A DNA stretch of 33,975 bases from a virus (taxonomy: Duplodnaviria > Caudoviricetes): positions 1 to 33,975 of the IMG/VR virus record IMGVR_UViG_3300030708_001462; one strand, written 5' to 3'. Positions 33,503 to 33,975 of the stretch are shown one piece after another; position 1 is the stretch's first letter, and every line of letters starts with the position of its first letter. The notes beneath the pieces are model-generated. The model made no database searches. It was given only the letters and a program-made list of their open reading frames with translations, and was not told the DNA's origin. The translations under genes were made by a program, and so were the position numbers.

Positions 33503-33975
33503 CCTGTTCAGCGGCATCGGAGGCCTGGAACTTGGTCTAGAGCGTGCCATACCTGGGCTGCAAACTGTGTGGCAGGTAGAGAAAGAACCGTTCTGCCGTT
33601 CTATTCTGGAGCGACATTGGCCAAATACAAAACGATACAACGACGTGCGTACGATAGGCGCACACAACCTAGAACCAGTAGATGTGATATGCGCAGGGTT
33701 TCCGTGCCAGTCTATCTCAGTTGCTGGTCTGAAGAGAGGATTAGAAGATGAGCAAAAGTCTGGTCTTTGGTGGCAAGTACACCGCATTGTTAGCGACTTT
33801 CAACAGAATGGATACCGACAGCCCATCCTGGTGTTGGAAAATGTCGCAAACATCATTCGATTGGGCGGCCCCGATGTTGTTGGATCACTTGCCGCAATCG
33901 GGTATGACGTTGAGTGGACGATTATATCCGCTGCACAATGTGGAGCACCCCACGTCAGACGCAGGTGGTTTGCAG
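33489..33975 (+). CDS. C5 DNA cytosine methyltransferase, alpha polypeptide, N-terminal part (continues at 61..506)
   Basis: MKMGSLFSGIGG (motif I), AGFPCQ (IV), VLENV (VI) and GAPHVRRRWF (VIII); GGAGG RBS. Confidence 0.92.
   Translation, partial: MKMGSLFSGIGGLELGLERAIPGLQTVWQVEKEPFCRSILERHWPNTKRYNDVRTIGAHNLEPVDVICAGFPCQSISVAGLKRGLEDEQKSGLWWQVHRIVSDFQQNGYRQPILVLENVANIIRLGGPDVVGSLAAIGYDVEWTIISAAQCGAPHVRRRWFA
33748..33975 (+). CDS. Methyltransferase beta polypeptide, N-terminal part (continues at 61..465)
   Basis: ATG 33748 is preceded by GAGAGGA. The frame MSKSLVFGG..WCWKMSQTSF..LPQSGMTLSGRLYPL is open and joins the 25..465 ORF. Confidence 0.65.
   Translation, partial: MSKSLVFGGKYTALLATFNRMDTDSPSWCWKMSQTSFDWAAPMLLDHLPQSGMTLSGRLYPLHNVEHPTSDAGGLQ
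33916..33975. repeat. Right copy of 60-bp terminal direct repeat
   Basis: Matches 1-60 with one mismatch. Confidence 0.95.

Noticed and set aside
32099-33787. Minus-strand ORFs 32193..32789 and 33164..33787
   Set aside because: Antisense to well-supported plus-strand genes that have RBSs and motifs.
1-33975. Integrase, DNA/RNA polymerase, tRNA genes or alternative genetic code
   Set aside because: No such motifs were recognised, and genes are long and tightly coupled under the standard code.

Overview
The window looks like a complete, circularly assembled tailed-phage genome of about 33.9 kb: bases 1-60 repeat at 33916-33975 with one mismatch. The gene order is podovirus-like. A long minus-strand late block (about 27.8 kb down to 1.1 kb) encodes a candidate TerS, TerL, portal, scaffold, amidase, major capsid, cement, adaptor, nozzle, three ejection-type proteins (the largest 2040 aa), a fibre-like repeat protein, a holin-like protein and several very basic small proteins. 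Two divergent sigma70-type promoters at 29.16-29.52 kb share an identical 14-bp operator-like box. One drives a leftward Gp88-like operon. The other drives a rightward early block of small genes, replication-type genes, a SWIM protein, a C5 cytosine methyltransferase and two HTH genes. I saw no integrase, DNA or RNA polymerase, tRNA or CRISPR array. The most notable signal is a candidate 50-nt small RNA (717-766) with its own promoter and terminator. Its GGUAGGUU seed and CUCCU loop are complementary to an AACCTACC..GGAG/GAGG leader motif in front of at least five phage genes, including terL. Second, the methyltransferase appears to be split into two polypeptides encoded in overlapping frames, as in M.EcoHK31I. 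All calls come from reading motifs by eye; no searches were run.
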